DNA of 61,737 nucleotides, the filler included, from Choristocarpus tenellus KU-1152 (Eukaryota; Protista; Phaeophyceae): assembly GCA_964200185.2 (NCBI GenBank). It is 11 parts of 11 records of this genome, joined end to end, with 100 filler letters (N's around TTAATTAATTAA, not from the genome) between each part and the next. Parts side by side here need not be neighbours in the genome. Positions count along the whole stretch, not along the records: positions 15,570 to 28,511 come from CAXNAD020001645.1; positions 28,612 to 33,499 come from CAXNAD020012662.1; positions 33,600 to 37,961 come from CAXNAD020014913.1; 8 more parts are not named here. One strand, written 5' to 3'. The translations under genes and the position numbers were made by a program. The notes under the pieces were generated by a model. It was not told where the DNA came from, did no database searches, and worked only from the letters and a program-made list of their open reading frames with translations. Below, one piece after another: positions 23,301 through 36,395 of this stretch (its first letter is position 1; each line of letters begins with the position of its first letter).

Positions 23301-26300
23301 CGCTTTGGAGAGAGGCACTGAAGTGTACATGTACATCACATAAGGCGATTTTCAGACTGGGTCTATGCTTAAGCTATGAAAGCGATATAGTTTCGAAAAA
23401 GTACCTGGTCAACTTCTTATATGGCGGCATGGATAGGCAGATGAGGCTTATAGGGGAATAAGTTGGTAATACCGGGGCATGTTCCAACTGAGGTGCCAAT
23501 TTTCATGCTTCCTTCAAGTATATATTTATATTCAAAAATTGATCACAAGGTGGTCAGTTCAACTTGAAGACCTTGAAATGACCTGATAGAGCGAAAGTAT
23601 TCTAGAGGGTATGAGGTTTGCCCTGTTTGTTTGTTTGGGAATTGGCTTCCCATGGGTTTTTAATGACATTTTACCTACTCTGAAATGTTCCGGAGTAGGT
23701 AAGGTGTATATGTTTTGAAAAGGTGTGTCCAGAACAAGGATGTTGATACTTCCTAACAAACACGATAGCCAAAACCACAACATTGAATTTTAGTCTCTAA
23801 ACGGACACGACTCTACCCTCCGAGATACTTTGACTCATAAACGCAAAACACATCGCCTCCTTGTCATTGCAGCAGTGTGATATTTTGACATCCATCTAGC
23901 CCCTCTATCTACTCTAGTAGGTGTCAGTGTTGTCGATCCTGAACGGAAGATGTAAATACTTTGACATGATACATCAATTGTCGTACACTGATGCCGTCCT
24001 TTTTCATTACTCTCTATTTTAGCGGCGTACATGGACTCAACAAAACCTGTTTTGCTTTGGTAATTTTTGCACCCTCTGCATCCTGGCAGAGCTCTCCTTG
24101 TACACTTGTTTCTCTCCGACTCTCATCCCCTAACTCTTTTTTGTGTGTTCCAATCACTTTCCGGCATGTGCTCTGCATGTATATTCTTGTACCAAGCTAA
24201 TGCTTGGCAACAACCAGCTGACGAAGCTGCCATACTCTGTGGGCTTCCTATCTCACCTCCAGGACATGCAGGCAAATGCATTATTACTCGAAATACCCCA
24301 AACGACTATGCTGAACTCCTGGTTTCAATCTTCAAGTGCTACTATCTGTGTACTCTTTTCTATCCTGGCATTGAGTCTAGTGCTACAGTAGTCATACTGC
24401 CTATGCCTTGGGCACACTACGTTTTGCAGCTTATAATACTTTCCCCCCATAGTGCTGAGATCAAGAGGCAGGACAGCTGGAAGGACAAATGCGTATGATT
24501 GTTCATGGAATTATATGGGCTATCCTATTCATTTCATGGTCGTTCTTCTTATGGTATACACGTGATGATGGTATCACTATTGCTCATGTGTTGGACACTA
24601 ATATGTTGTTCTTGCCTGGTATTCTGTTGTGAGTATTGCTGGATACCGTCAGAAAAATAGGGCAAGGTAAATGCATATACCGGGCTCACAACAATCCATG
24701 GAAAAATGACGTCAGCAATTCATGCAGTGCATTGTGGAGGAAGTAAAATTCCTAGGTCTATTACATCGTTCATATTCTTGATGTGGCGACCTGGGTCAAT
24801 AGTTCTCTACTGGGTAATTGAACAGGGGGAAATTTGATTTCCCCATTTGCTAGAGAAAGTCGTGTAGACTACCTGTTGAAAGTATGCTCCAAAGCATATA
24901 TTTCGACAAGGCATTCCAATGCAGCAAGCATATTGCCACAATGGAGAATTCTTCGGCAAACAAACGCAAAAAGGGAAGCGTGAAATTTTGCACCTTTAGT
25001 GTACCCTTAAAATCCCTCTTCCCTTGCAAAACCATTCTATTGGGTCTCCCCTATCTGGCCCCGCCTACCCAGCTGTACAACAACCCCCTCGCAGACCCCC
25101 CGGGACATCTCTTACTGAAAGGAATGGGTACAGTACTCTGGGAGTGCCGACAACTGTACTGGGCACAAATGAGGGGACCTCCGCCGGAGGTCCAGGTCCA
25201 CGGTTATGGGATCCAGGTGAAGGACGTCAAAATATCTTTGAGGATCCACCTCCCATGCACTTGGATCTTGTTTTGTGCATTTTTCGAAACATTGTTTGGC
25301 TCGTTGGACTGACAATATCTAAAGGAGGTACCAGTGGTTCATTTTCATCATCATCCAACCTAGCCCAGCAACTTTGTTTGCATTGACACGATAGAGAACA
25401 TGGGGGATACAGATTCAGGCTTGCCACTGACAGTGACACATCCAACTTGTCATTGTTTAGGAAACACTGCAGCAGATTATAACTCCTCGCCATGAGGAGA
25501 GCTATACTTGAAGTGTTTCTCACTTCCTGCAGACTTATGGCAATGCATGAGTGAGACTTTGGTAGAAATCCCCCACTCCACAACTTTATCGCTTAACTCT
25601 ACAATAAGGAGGTCCCGGCCTCAACTTAGATTAGTTTCCTCACTCGAATATCTTGTCCCTGTTGGAATCAATTTTTCTCAAATTTTCCCAGGAGGAGAAG
25701 CTGGAGCTTGAACCGGCCTTCAACAACAAACTAGCTGCTCAAATATCTGTGGCGGCAAAGTCCCTTGAGTTTAACTTCATTATGGAGGGGCTGACATACT
25801 TCCCCATGGGACTCTTTGATGAGAAAGTGAGAAACATGAAGACCAATCACCTTTCTGTGAAAAAATCTCCTGCCCTCGTCGTCTGCCTATCACTAGTCAA
25901 CCTTTTCTCAGTAGGCCATTCCCAACGAGATTTCCTAGTATATTAGACATCTTTTCAGAATGAGACTTCCAAGCCACCAATCTCAGGGAGGCTGTTCTGT
26001 GATTGAGAAGGGGCAATGCATGATTAGCAGTGGTTGCAGGTTGTGAAACAGAAGAGAGGTTGTGGTTGGGGTGTAGAAAGTTCATGCAGAGGGCGGATAG
26101 GATTAAAGGGTGTCAGGGTATCACGGTGAGGATGATGTGTGATGATTTAGGAGAGGGATAGAGGTAGATCTGTTAACGCACGCTGTGGTGCCAGGCTGGA
26201 AAAGAGCACACCCTGCCATCCGTCTAGATCTGTAATATGTAGAGTATAAAGTATCTTAGAGGGTACGAGTTTGCCCTGCTTGTCCGTTTGGGAATTGGCT

Positions 26301-27927
26301 TCCCACGGGTTTTTAACTACGTCTTACGTACTCCGAAATATTTTGATGTAGGTAAAATGTACATTATCAAATGGTGTGCATGGAACAAGGATTTTGACAC
26401 TTCCTAACAAACATGATAGCCAAAAATACACCATAATCACGACATTAGGTTTTGGTCCCCAGACGGACGCGGCTGTACCCTTTAAGATACTTTGACTCAA
26501 AATAATCTTAGGAAAAATTGAACTGAGACAAGAAATGTCAATATACAATTCACACACAAAGTGTACTAGGAGCTTCAGTTTCAATTTATGAAATAGAATA
26601 TGAGTACTAATCATAACCGAATGCACTACGATCTTATATATATATATATATATATATATCAATCATACTAATAGACAAAAAAAAATGTATTGTATTAACA
26701 AATCAATTTGGTCTGACACGAAGCATTTAGAAGGGTAGGAGTTTTGCCCTGTTTGTCCGTTCGGATCTTGGCTTCTCACGGGGTTTTTATGCCCTTTTTC
26801 GTTTTTCTGTATTGACACAGTTTTCTAAAATGTATACGACTGTGGAAGGTGTGTCCGGAGCAATGATATTAACAGTTCGTACCAAACATGATAGAAAAAA
26901 GTACTCAAAATCGCAACATTGGACTTATGACCGAAACGGACGCGGCCCTAACCTCTTAAATGATTTGACTCAAAAGAAAATTTAACCAGACATGCTTTGT
27001 CAAACTGCTTTCCTGTGGAGCACCTGGTATGGCGTTGAGGCACTCCTTATTCTGGCATAAATCTGACTAACAGCCTGCCAAGCGCAAATCAAGTTATGGT
27101 AGTATAGATCAATATGTTGCCAGCATTGTGCTTCATGTAATCTACATTTCGGAGTATCCTAGACCCGAGCTAAGGAAGCCATACCATTATGAGAATGTAA
27201 AGTTGACTCGTAACCCAGATCTTCAATCCTATACATACATAGGCCTTGCAAGGTAAGTCAACGATCCTACTCCACATGGTAAGTATTGAGAGTTGGACAT
27301 GTGTACTATCCCTTATGTTGTACAGCCAAAAATATGCAGGAAGACTGAAACATGGTGGTAATTCTTCACTGCGGAGGGATACAAGGTGAATACTGCACAA
27401 GGCTTGAGTGAGGAGGGATACAAGGTGAATACTGCACAAGGCTTGAGTGAGGAGGCAAAGCTGAGAGCGGGGAGATAGCTGAAACCAACACGTGAAAAGC
27501 AGGGCATGCATTGGGCAGTGCCCTTAGTCATTGTTCGAGAGTTTGTTTCCAGTGGTTAATGAATATATATAATATTATGAAGTTATGCTGATCATAGCCT
27601 GCACTTCAAAGTGTACTAATCGCCTCTCATATATCCTTTGCTATCCACAAAATCAATACCTGCTCCTAACCATTTCAATTCTCACAGAAATATACGCCAC
27701 AAATCCAGCACATATTGACTTGAAATATAGATGCGTTCATGGAGCAATTGGGACTCCATGTGGAATACTTCACAGTGCCATTCCATCCCAACACTATTGA
27801 ATCCCAAGTCCCTGTGGAAACCCGAACGCTTCAGGTAGGGCCAGACCTCAAATACCTGCGACTGGATAGCAATAACTTTGGAGGGGCCACTATTCCTTTC
27901 CAACACAAGTGGCAAGACCTGGAAAAA
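17320..27927 (+). CDS. Leucine-rich-repeat protein with two embedded WW-like domains (partial); exons 17320-17506, 18495-18638, 18990-19137, 20150-20226, 20777-20874, 22323-22424, 22684-22816, 24197-24271, 25073-25216, 25692-25826, 27835-27927
   Basis: All 10 junctions are phase-consistent with no stops. LxxLxLxxNxLxxLP repeats (e.g. LEKLDLGENTLKTLP, LQELSLNNNYFKAFP) and an LYNNPLADPP cap. WW-like WKRQW...VWVNQLTGE...P and WEPVLDASTGKVHYTNNVNGKT...P. The last donor may instead follow 27939. Confidence 0.9.
18031..18300 (+). mobile_element. MITE family C (about 270 bp), TSD ACA
   Basis: Right end CTCTCGGATACTTTGACTC (family A-type TIR), degenerate left end GGGTAAAAGTAAATGAGAGG, ACA on both flanks. 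Internal GGATGAAGTGCTAA...GACTTGAGAGGGT block is shared with 21650-21870 and 47055-47250. Confidence 0.78.
19416..19674 (-). mobile_element. MITE family A, intronic
   Basis: Reverse-complement copy, flanked by TACA on both sides. Confidence 0.9.
21650..21870 (+). mobile_element. Diverged MITE family C-related copy
   Basis: Shares CTTCTATGGATGAAGTGCTAA...TTCGACA...GCACAT with 18031-18300. Confidence 0.65.
23589..23836 (-). mobile_element. MITE family A, intronic, TSD ATA
   Basis: Reverse-complement copy; ATA on both flanks. Confidence 0.9.
26242..26498 (-). mobile_element. MITE family A, intronic
   Basis: Reverse-complement copy ending ...AGATACTTTGACTC. Confidence 0.88.
26715..26971 (-). 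mobile_element. MITE family A, diverged copy
   Basis: Retains GCCCTGTTTGTCCGTT, GGTGTGTCCGG and ACGGACGCGGCCCTA blocks; TIRs degenerate. Confidence 0.8.
27373..27450. repeat. Perfect 39-bp tandem duplication
   Basis: GGAGGGATACAAGGTGAATACTGCACAAGGCTTGAGTGA x2. Confidence 0.9.
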
Positions 27928-28045
27928 GTACACCATGAGGTGATCGACAGAGTCACATTATTTGTGCCCATAATCAGTGTTGAACCCCTCGGGCAGCTTG
28001 CACAATTTTGTACTGCACAGAGGTTACAATTCTAGGAAAACAAAT

Positions 28046-28232
28046 AAACCAAAGTACCTGGGGGGGGGGGAGGGGTTCTACACCAGGTGTCCATTTGGGT
28101 CAAAATCTGGAAAAGTGCATTTACATTATTCATCCGACGTATGCAACCAAATCACCCAAAAATCGCAACATAAAAAAATTGACCCCAAATGGACAGTCGG
28201 CACACGCACACACACCCCAGATACTTTGAGCC
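28046..28232 (+). mobile_element. MITE family B (about 180 bp)
   Basis: Termini ..CAAAGTACCTGGG / CCCAGATACTTTGAG; internal GTGTCCATTTGGG...CCCCAAATGGACA inverted block. Confidence 0.85.
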
Positions 28233-28611
28233 GAAAATGGTGTTGTGGGTTGCATGGACAGCTGTTCAGCCTGGAAGTACGTAGATATTTTGGAAGGTAG
28301 AAACATTATTTAGTTCCAAGCGAAAATAATTTAAGGACTACTAGGATTTCTTGCACTGGGGCAAGTCCTTTCACATCAGATGTTGATACTAGCATTATAC
28401 TGTTCCTTGACGAAGTTGTCTTCACAACTGTAGCTCCTGCTCCTTCTTTCTCTTGCACCTCTGTGACACTAATATCACCATTACATACAATCCATTTGTT
28501 GGGGGGTGGGGNNNNNNNNNNNNNNNNNNNNNNNNNNNNNNNNNNNNNNNNNNNNTTAATTAATTAANNNNNNNNNNNNNNNNNNNNNNNNNNNNNNNNN
28601 NNNNNNNNNNN

Positions 28612-31217
28612 CCCCCACCCTTCCAGCAGCACTCGATAGTCAGACATTCCTTTCCATGGCCATAACCCTGCATGGTGCACCATTCCCACAGCTGAAAATG
28701 ACACTAGCAATGGGGTACTCAATGGATTGAGTAGGCCCCAGGCCATGGGGTAGCCCATCAAGATGCCTGAGAGATGACTTTAGTGTTGCAGTTCGTTGAG
28801 GGTTAGGGATAGGGTTAGGGTTCATCGACATCAAAACCAGTGTGGAGAAAGGGGGGTGGCGGGTGGCGGGTTATACATATCACAGGCAATACTTAGGGTT
28901 AGGGTTAGGGAGAGGGTAAAACATTAATTGAGGGTTAGGGTTGTGGGAACAACCCTGGTTAAGAAACAGTTAAATATCACTGGAGTTGATAAGATGGTTA
29001 AGTATCCTGAATGGCGCATTGACAAGATGAGACGACTTGACCATCCCAACCCTAACCCTAGTCCATTAAAACAAATGTTAATAAAATTGATGAATAGGAC
29101 TACGATACTATTATTAGCATGGTTAGCAACTTGGATAAACCAATGCACTGACAATAAAACAAATACACTAAATTTTAGAGGAAATCAACCATCTAGGTTC
29201 TGTAAAATTTGATGTAGCTCCATGTGCAGTTGGACACCATGATCATGACAATCATTATGGTCAAGTTTAAACTCCCAAGGATGATGTAGATGATGTACTC
29301 CTAACATGCCCATCCTTTCAAGGACATCAATTATACCAAATTTTGATTAAATTGTAGCATACACGGTGCACCTCAAGGAAAGAGCCAAATTTTGAGTTTC
29401 TTTTAAAAGACCAAAAACGTACACAATATAAAATATACATATTCAGATCTGTCGCACTAAAACTCAACATTAATAAAAATATGTATTTTTAATCTACAAA
29501 TTAAAAAATAAAATATATATTTTACAACAAAACTGACGGTACTTCTCTCACTGCCTCAATCTTTACAACTAAGTAGTTAAATAGATAAAACGATTTAGAA
29601 AACAAGAACTATCAGAACACAAGGAACAGGTCAAATTGCTGAGACCTAATATGTACAGTCATATTCTTATTATTAATATCATCACTGTGCTGTATGAACA
29701 GACTCTTGCCTTTGTGGGCATTTGAGGTGATGTGATGTGATGTGATGTGACCCGGATACTTTGGAACAGTCAAGCTACCAATAAATAATAAATATTTACA
29801 AATAAAATATATAAATTGAAGGAGTATTAATGTTCTCTTCTGACTGTTCTACTGGATACATCCAATTGCACTCGAGTAGATTGAGGAACACACCACAACC
29901 ATGCCTGTACCCGATACAACCCTAACCCTAACCCTAACTGTACCTATCAATCTAGTACTACATGAATAACAAAAAAATCAGAAAAAAAACATTATCCATG
30001 AGCAGGTTAGGGTTAGGGAATAGGAGTATGGAAGGCATATATCGCATTAAAATAATATCATCATTCACACACATTCACACACAATACATATAATACATCC
30101 AATACAGCAATGCATGCACAAACTACTGCTTCAACACAACACCAAACCTCTAAACCTCCAAATAGAATACTCACGCCATAGTAATAATAGTAATACCAAA
30201 CACGACATGGGAGGGTTAGGGTTAGGGCGGTTCTATCAGAAAGATCTTATTTTACCTGTATTAACAACAGCAAAGTTCTGTATTAACACAATACCGCCTC
30301 AACATTTTAGAAAAATAAGAAAAATAAGCTTCCGTCATCTCCAAAGGGTTAGGGAATGATGAGTTACCCAGTGGTCAAAAACAAAACAATAATTGACAAC
30401 AGTAGACCCTCAGAGCACTCTTGTACTACTACTATTAACAATGATAATAATAATATCACACATATCAATAACACTTGTTGCTATAAGTCATGCCTAAATG
30501 CTGATTGGCAAACCCTAACCCTAACCCTCCTTACCCGAGGAAACCCGCCCTAGGTATCACAAACTGCACCAGAAATAGTAGTGCAAACGGACCAAGGTTT
30601 ACAGCAAGTTTCCATCCTGCAGCAGAGAGTGTTATGTTAATTGACATAAAATTAGCACCATACATTTAATGATAGTAACATATGCTTACAAAAATTATTG
30701 TGGTGTGAGATAGATGCATAGATACATAGTATGTTTATGTGCATATAAGAAGTACGTACAACAGAGTATCAAGAGCAATCACCAACAGTAAACAACAGCT
30801 ATAGAACAAGGTGTTCTATATGCATCCATGATAATTACAATATAATAATAACAAAATTGTTATCAATACTCTACTCTGTATATACACACTATTTAACTCT
30901 TACTGACCTATTTAACTTTTCGGCACAAAAAAATATCGTTAGGGTTAGGGTTAGGGCTATACCTTAAAACATGCCTACAAATTACTACAAAAACACTGCA
31001 CATCCACGGACACACCATACAGTATACACCATCCCATCCCATGACAAAAAAGCACAGTACATAACACAACATCAATAATAATAGCAATAATAATATCTAC
31101 AATAATTAAAAAACAGTTCACAGGATGCCTACAGATACCAGACACACACATACACACATAAACGGCAACCACCTAACCCTAACCCTATATACAACCAAAA
31201 TTAAAAAAATAAATCCC

Positions 31218-31249
<32 letters not shown>

Positions 31250-33499
31250 AAAAACCACCCCCAAACACACCGGAGGGAGAAAAACCAACAAAAAAAANNN
31301 NNNNNNNCCAACACAAACCCAACCCCACAACACCCCCAAACCCGCCACCCCCCCCCCCCCCCCCCAAAAAAAACAAAAAAAAAAAAAAAAAACCCCCCCC
31401 CCCCCCCCCCCAACCAAAAATAAATCCCCAAATCCTTACCATTGACAGGCGTTGGCAAGAACCACGTACTGAAACAGAAATTTGGGAAGAAAGGTAATGG
31501 ACAGAATCTCTGTTGGGCCACAGATGCCAGAGTCATAAGTGCAAACAAGACACAAGAGTATCCAACCGCCTTCGAATCTCTCTGTCTCTCCCATCCACCC
31601 CCCCCCCCCCCAGGGAGCGCCCGCCGGGCCCCCCCCCCCAAGACCCACGTGGCTTCCACCCCATCAAANNNNNNNNNNCCCACCCCCCTCCAATCCCCTG
31701 GGTCCCCCCCCCCCCCCCCCCCCCCGCCTAGTGAGCGCATGCTGTGCCAGCACCACAAGGACAATGGTGGTTACCACCAGATCAAACGACTGCACAAAGA
31801 ACGATATATCAGAACAATTTTTGCCCCATGGGGGCGGGGGGAGGGGAGGGTTAAGAGTAGGAATGATAAATGTCAAGGTCAAAGTGAAGGTGAAGGTGGT
31901 CATGCTTATGTAATTGTTTGGTGCAGCGATTGTGTTACCATTTTCACTCTAACTGCTATTAAAATTATCCTAATAGATGTATTTTTTATCTTTATTATTA
32001 TTATTATTACTACCACAAGTTAATCCAATATTGATTGATGGACCTTCATATGACCAGAGAGGTACCACAAAAGAAATTTAATAATAATAATAAGGAAAAT
32101 AATAGTAAGAATCATAAAAAAAAGTAGTAAGGAAAATCAAAACAGTAGCAAAAAGTTCAACAAGGAGAAAATATTGGTACCAATACCAGTACCAAGTTCA
32201 AACAAAACTTAAAAAAACAAAGGTCAAATGGTTCAATATAAAACCCCTAACCCTAACTCAACATCAGTCATTGTAACAAAAGATGCTCCAGAAACACTTC
32301 AACCAAAAATTAATGTTTCGACAATTCATCTAGACACCCTAACCCTAACCCTAACCCTAAACTATACTAGAAAATGTAATAAACTAATAAATAGAACAGA
32401 CTGTAATCAAATGAATAAATAGAACAAGTTGTAATCAAATAAGACACATAACAAGAAAGTGAAAAAAATCATCAGCAAAATGTGATAACGTCACTCTGAC
32501 CCAAACACACATACACACATTTTTCACCAGCCTCACCAAATACAAATAGCCAAACGAGCCCAGCATTGGCTCTAGCTCCCCAAGATTCCACAGAGATATG
32601 GAATTGAAGGCAAGGTGCATAACCTCAAAGTGGCTAAAGGACGCTGTAAGCACTCTCCAATATTCCTTGGACTCCCAGAAGCCAATATAACTGATGGCAA
32701 CTGATTCCAGACTAACCTGAACAAAAAAAAGAGCAAACAAACAATTTTAAAAAAGCAATTGGAGAACATTATACCAAGCAACACAATACAATACATACGC
32801 TAACCCTAACCCTAACCCTGGAAAAAATAATGGACGCAATGTTGCAGATGATAACTACGTCATTTGGGTTAGAGTTAGGGTTGCAGATGATAACTACATC
32901 ATTTGCCACCCCCAGTAAAATCTAACTCTAACCCTAACATTTCATCCAATAACCCAATCTCTCTTATCAATTTACTAATAAACCCTAACCTTAACCCCCT
33001 ACAATATCTACTTTCTTTCATACTTAGTGTGTAAACACTTAAAAATAAAAAATAAATCAACATCCAATGTGGAATACAATCTATCTTGTAGATACATCAC
33101 GCTAGAATAGACAATAACAATAACAATAATAAATCGCTCTAGAATAGTAATTACTACAAAACTAACAATAAAGAACAATAATAATACATCATAGAACAAT
33201 ACTAACAACAATAAACAATTAAGAGTTAAAATGATACATAACTCTAAAATAATAATAATAATAATAATAATAAATCACTAACCACACAAAAAAAACAAAA
33301 AAATTGTTTCAACTTTTTTTTTTTTAATACCGCGCAACCTTTCCCCCACTCACCCTATATGCCCATAAGTAGTATGCCACAGCAAGGTTTACACCAAGCA
33401 GGAAGGCGGTAGCAGGCTTCTTGGCAAGGTCTGACACACCTTGCTTGGCCTGTACCCCCCCCCCCCCACGCTTTCCATTACTCTTCTCCGGACGTTTTT
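28612..33499 (-). CDS. Rhomboid intramembrane serine protease (S54; RHBDD1/RBL13-like), partial; exons 33499-33354, 32716-32537, 31789-31440, 30616-30535, 28777-28612
   Basis: EYWRVLTASFSHFEVMHLAFN (WR and HxxxxHxxxN motifs), AVGYSCVLF (catalytic Ser) and FLG|HLSGILMG (catalytic His). GT-AG junctions are in phase. Exon 3 is broken by a poly-C/N assembly gap at about 31598-31725. Confidence 0.92.
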
Positions 33500-33599
33500 N
33501 NNNNNNNNNNNNNNNNNNNNNNNNNNNNNNNNNNNNNNNNNNNTTAATTAATTAANNNNNNNNNNNNNNNNNNNNNNNNNNNNNNNNNNNNNNNNNNNN

Positions 33600-33832
33600 G
33601 TTGTCCATTCAGGGCTTGATGAAGTGTTTCAAGATGCCCCAGTTTGATGCCCTTTTTGGGGGTGATTTTCCTTTGAATTTGGTTCAGGCAGGGGGGTGGA
33701 AAAGAAATATGTGTTCAGATGAAGGAAATTGCCGTTACACCTGGCACATCCACTGAAATGATATGAATATCACTAAAGGTTCACACAGGCCCCGAATGGA
33801 TGCCTGACCCCCCCTCTAGGATACTATGGGTC
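33600..33832. mobile_element. Further MITE variant with a family B-like terminus
   Basis: Ends CCCGAATGGATGCCTGACCCCCCCTCTAGGATACTATGGGTC and starts at the contig edge with GTCCATTC (inverted of GAATGGA); different interior. Confidence 0.55.
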
Positions 33833-36216
33833 TTTATGTGACCTACATCAGGAAATATGTTAACATGTTTACTCATTAAGGGATGGATAGGGTCAGGCAC
33901 TGTTACCACTTGGTATCACAAAGCTGGTCAGGAGGGAGGTAATGATGAAAGGAGACCAGTGGCTTCAGGAGGTTGTATGTAATCCCTGAAGGGTGCACAT
34001 GTCGGCCTGGCTTGACACGTCATGAAGTGAGACTATTACCTCAATCGGAGAGTACTCTATTGATCTCTTAACAAAGGAGCTACTTGTTGGAATCCTGAAT
34101 GAGGCAGGTCGGTTTTTGGACTCCTTAGATAAGAGGGTAAACTAGTGGGGGAGGTTGTTGAAGTTATTATTCAAGAATTGAAATGTTAATATTGACATTA
34201 CGATCACTGCTGGTTAGGCTCACTGGGGTGATGGTTATGCTTGACGCTTAAGAGGAAGGGTTGATCGTTCATGGGGTGGGAGGGGGTGTTTCAACCATAT
34301 ACTTAATTCGTCTGTCCTTGATTTCACTGGTTCGTAAGATTTTCTATTTGAAAGATCTGGTATGTATCGATAGAGGTGTCTCAGATTGGAGGGCTGGTTT
34401 TGGTTGCTTGTCTTTATTTGTTAAGTAGGTCGGTCTGTTTCTCATTGTTTTGATCTGTGGATTTGTAATTCTTTCACAGTGCCATGGATGTACGATACCT
34501 GCTGCACGTATACACTAGCGATTTTACAGTCTCTATGGAGTCAAATATCATTTTCCTTTGTTGTGGTGCAGGAGTGTGATTTGAAGCATTGAAATCATTC
34601 TTGGAGGGTTGTTTTGTGCTCCCCCCTCCCCCTTGGCCTTCACTCCCCTGCTGCAGAGGGTCTGCCAAGTCTACTCCCTGTTTTTTGTTTTTTAATTTGC
34701 GCTAGTTGAGGTTAAGGCTGTCTGTATTGATTAGTCCCTCATTGCACTTGTCTTGTTACAGAGTTGCCCCAGTATATCTGAAATCTAAGTGATGAGGGTG
34801 CTCGTCTTGCTTCCTATAGTATTTTTAGCTCCAGTCGTTAAGTTTAGCTTTTTAGGGTCTTCTACAGTTTATTATTTGTATTATGTGTGTTTAGTGTGTG
34901 TGTGCGTGTTGCTCCTCGTAATCGATTCTGCCATACAGTATGTACGGCAAAATGGGTTGATTTTTGTATGAAAAGAAGGGGAGAAAACTCTGCAAGGGAG
35001 GGGCTTCTAATGAAAGAAACACAAAGAACAATAAGCACATGTGTGTAAAATGTGTACGTACTGTGATTCATTGCATACGTTGATCCGGCGCAAGTCACCT
35101 GCTGATTCGTGCGATCATTCGTATAGGATGGAAAATTCCCTGTGACGCACCGGAAACGTGTGCAAATAACACAGCACATGTTCCCTCCTTACCCAATCGG
35201 CATCCTGATAATAATACAGGAAAGCCCACCACTTGTAAGTCAGAGTGAGAGTTCACTCTCCCTGCTAAGCATGATCTTGGCGACAGCTAACTCTTCTTTA
35301 GAGGTTCAAAGCATAAACTATACAATTTGTCAGGTGTAAAACATCGTGGTTATGGGGAGCATAAATTGTGTTGAATTATTGCTAAATGCTTGGCAACCTG
35401 GCCACGGGAATTAGTGAGGATTGTGCATTTCTCTACCACAGAGTATCAAGTGCTTGATTCCATTATATGCTTTGTACATATAATATTACATACTGTTTCT
35501 ATTATTGCAGATGATTTAGGGAGGTGAAGATTAAGTACGAAACATCTCTCTACACCAAAAAGAATTTTAACACAGTGTTGTGTGCGCATGCTTTGTAAAG
35601 CATGTGAGAACTCTGCTACCATATCCTGTTTTATGTTTTGTAGTGCCCAGGGCCTGTTTCCAGTCTTGGGTCCAGTAGGGTGCAGCGTACTAACGTTGAA
35701 GGTATCACCAGGGCGGAGTTGGGGGACACATGGGCGCCATCCTCTTCTTCAGATGTGGGGTGTATTTCATGCTGGGTGTCCTTCCTGTGTATGGGGAACC
35801 AAATGATAAAAATGCGAAAGTGATACTCCATTTGATGCACGAATTTAGGTTGGGGGGGGGGAAAGAGTTGGACCAGGTTTGCAGTACAAGAGTGTTGTTA
35901 GGAGCGTTAGATACATACTCTGGAAGAAAAAAGTGCAAACAATATTACTTTGAAGGAATTACACATTAGTTGCATGGGATCTACCACAGGAGAAAAAAAG
36001 CAGATTTATAAGCAAAATGTGTGCACACAGAGTATGATGCGCAAATAACCGGTCACTTTGGGTGGCCGTGTGGGAGGCCCACCAGAGTGACGAGGGGGTG
36101 AAGTAAACTACTATTCAATTGCACAACCAATCAAGTCACCCACGTGTATACAACACACTCCTCCCCTGCTATGAACACACAATGGGATGGGCTTCCTTCC
36201 TATCAGAGTAAGCAAT

Positions 36217-36395
36217 GACCCAATGTATCTGGGGGGAGGGGGAGTCTACACCAGAGTGTCCATTTGGGCCAAAGCTAGGAAAAGTGCACTTTCAATATCC
36301 ATCCAACACATGGAACCAAATCAACCAAAAATCCCGACATGAAAAAAATAGGCTCCAAATGAAGAGCCGTCACCCCCGCCCAGATACTTTGAGTC
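36217..36395 (+). mobile_element. MITE family B, TSD AAT
   Basis: GACCCAATGTATCTGGG ... CCCAGATACTTTGAGTC; AAT on both flanks. Confidence 0.88.

Noticed and set aside
31200-31730. Pro/Gly/Lys-rich ORFs
   Set aside because: Poly-C/poly-A low-quality sequence around 10-N gaps; the real content is rhomboid exon 3 and intron.
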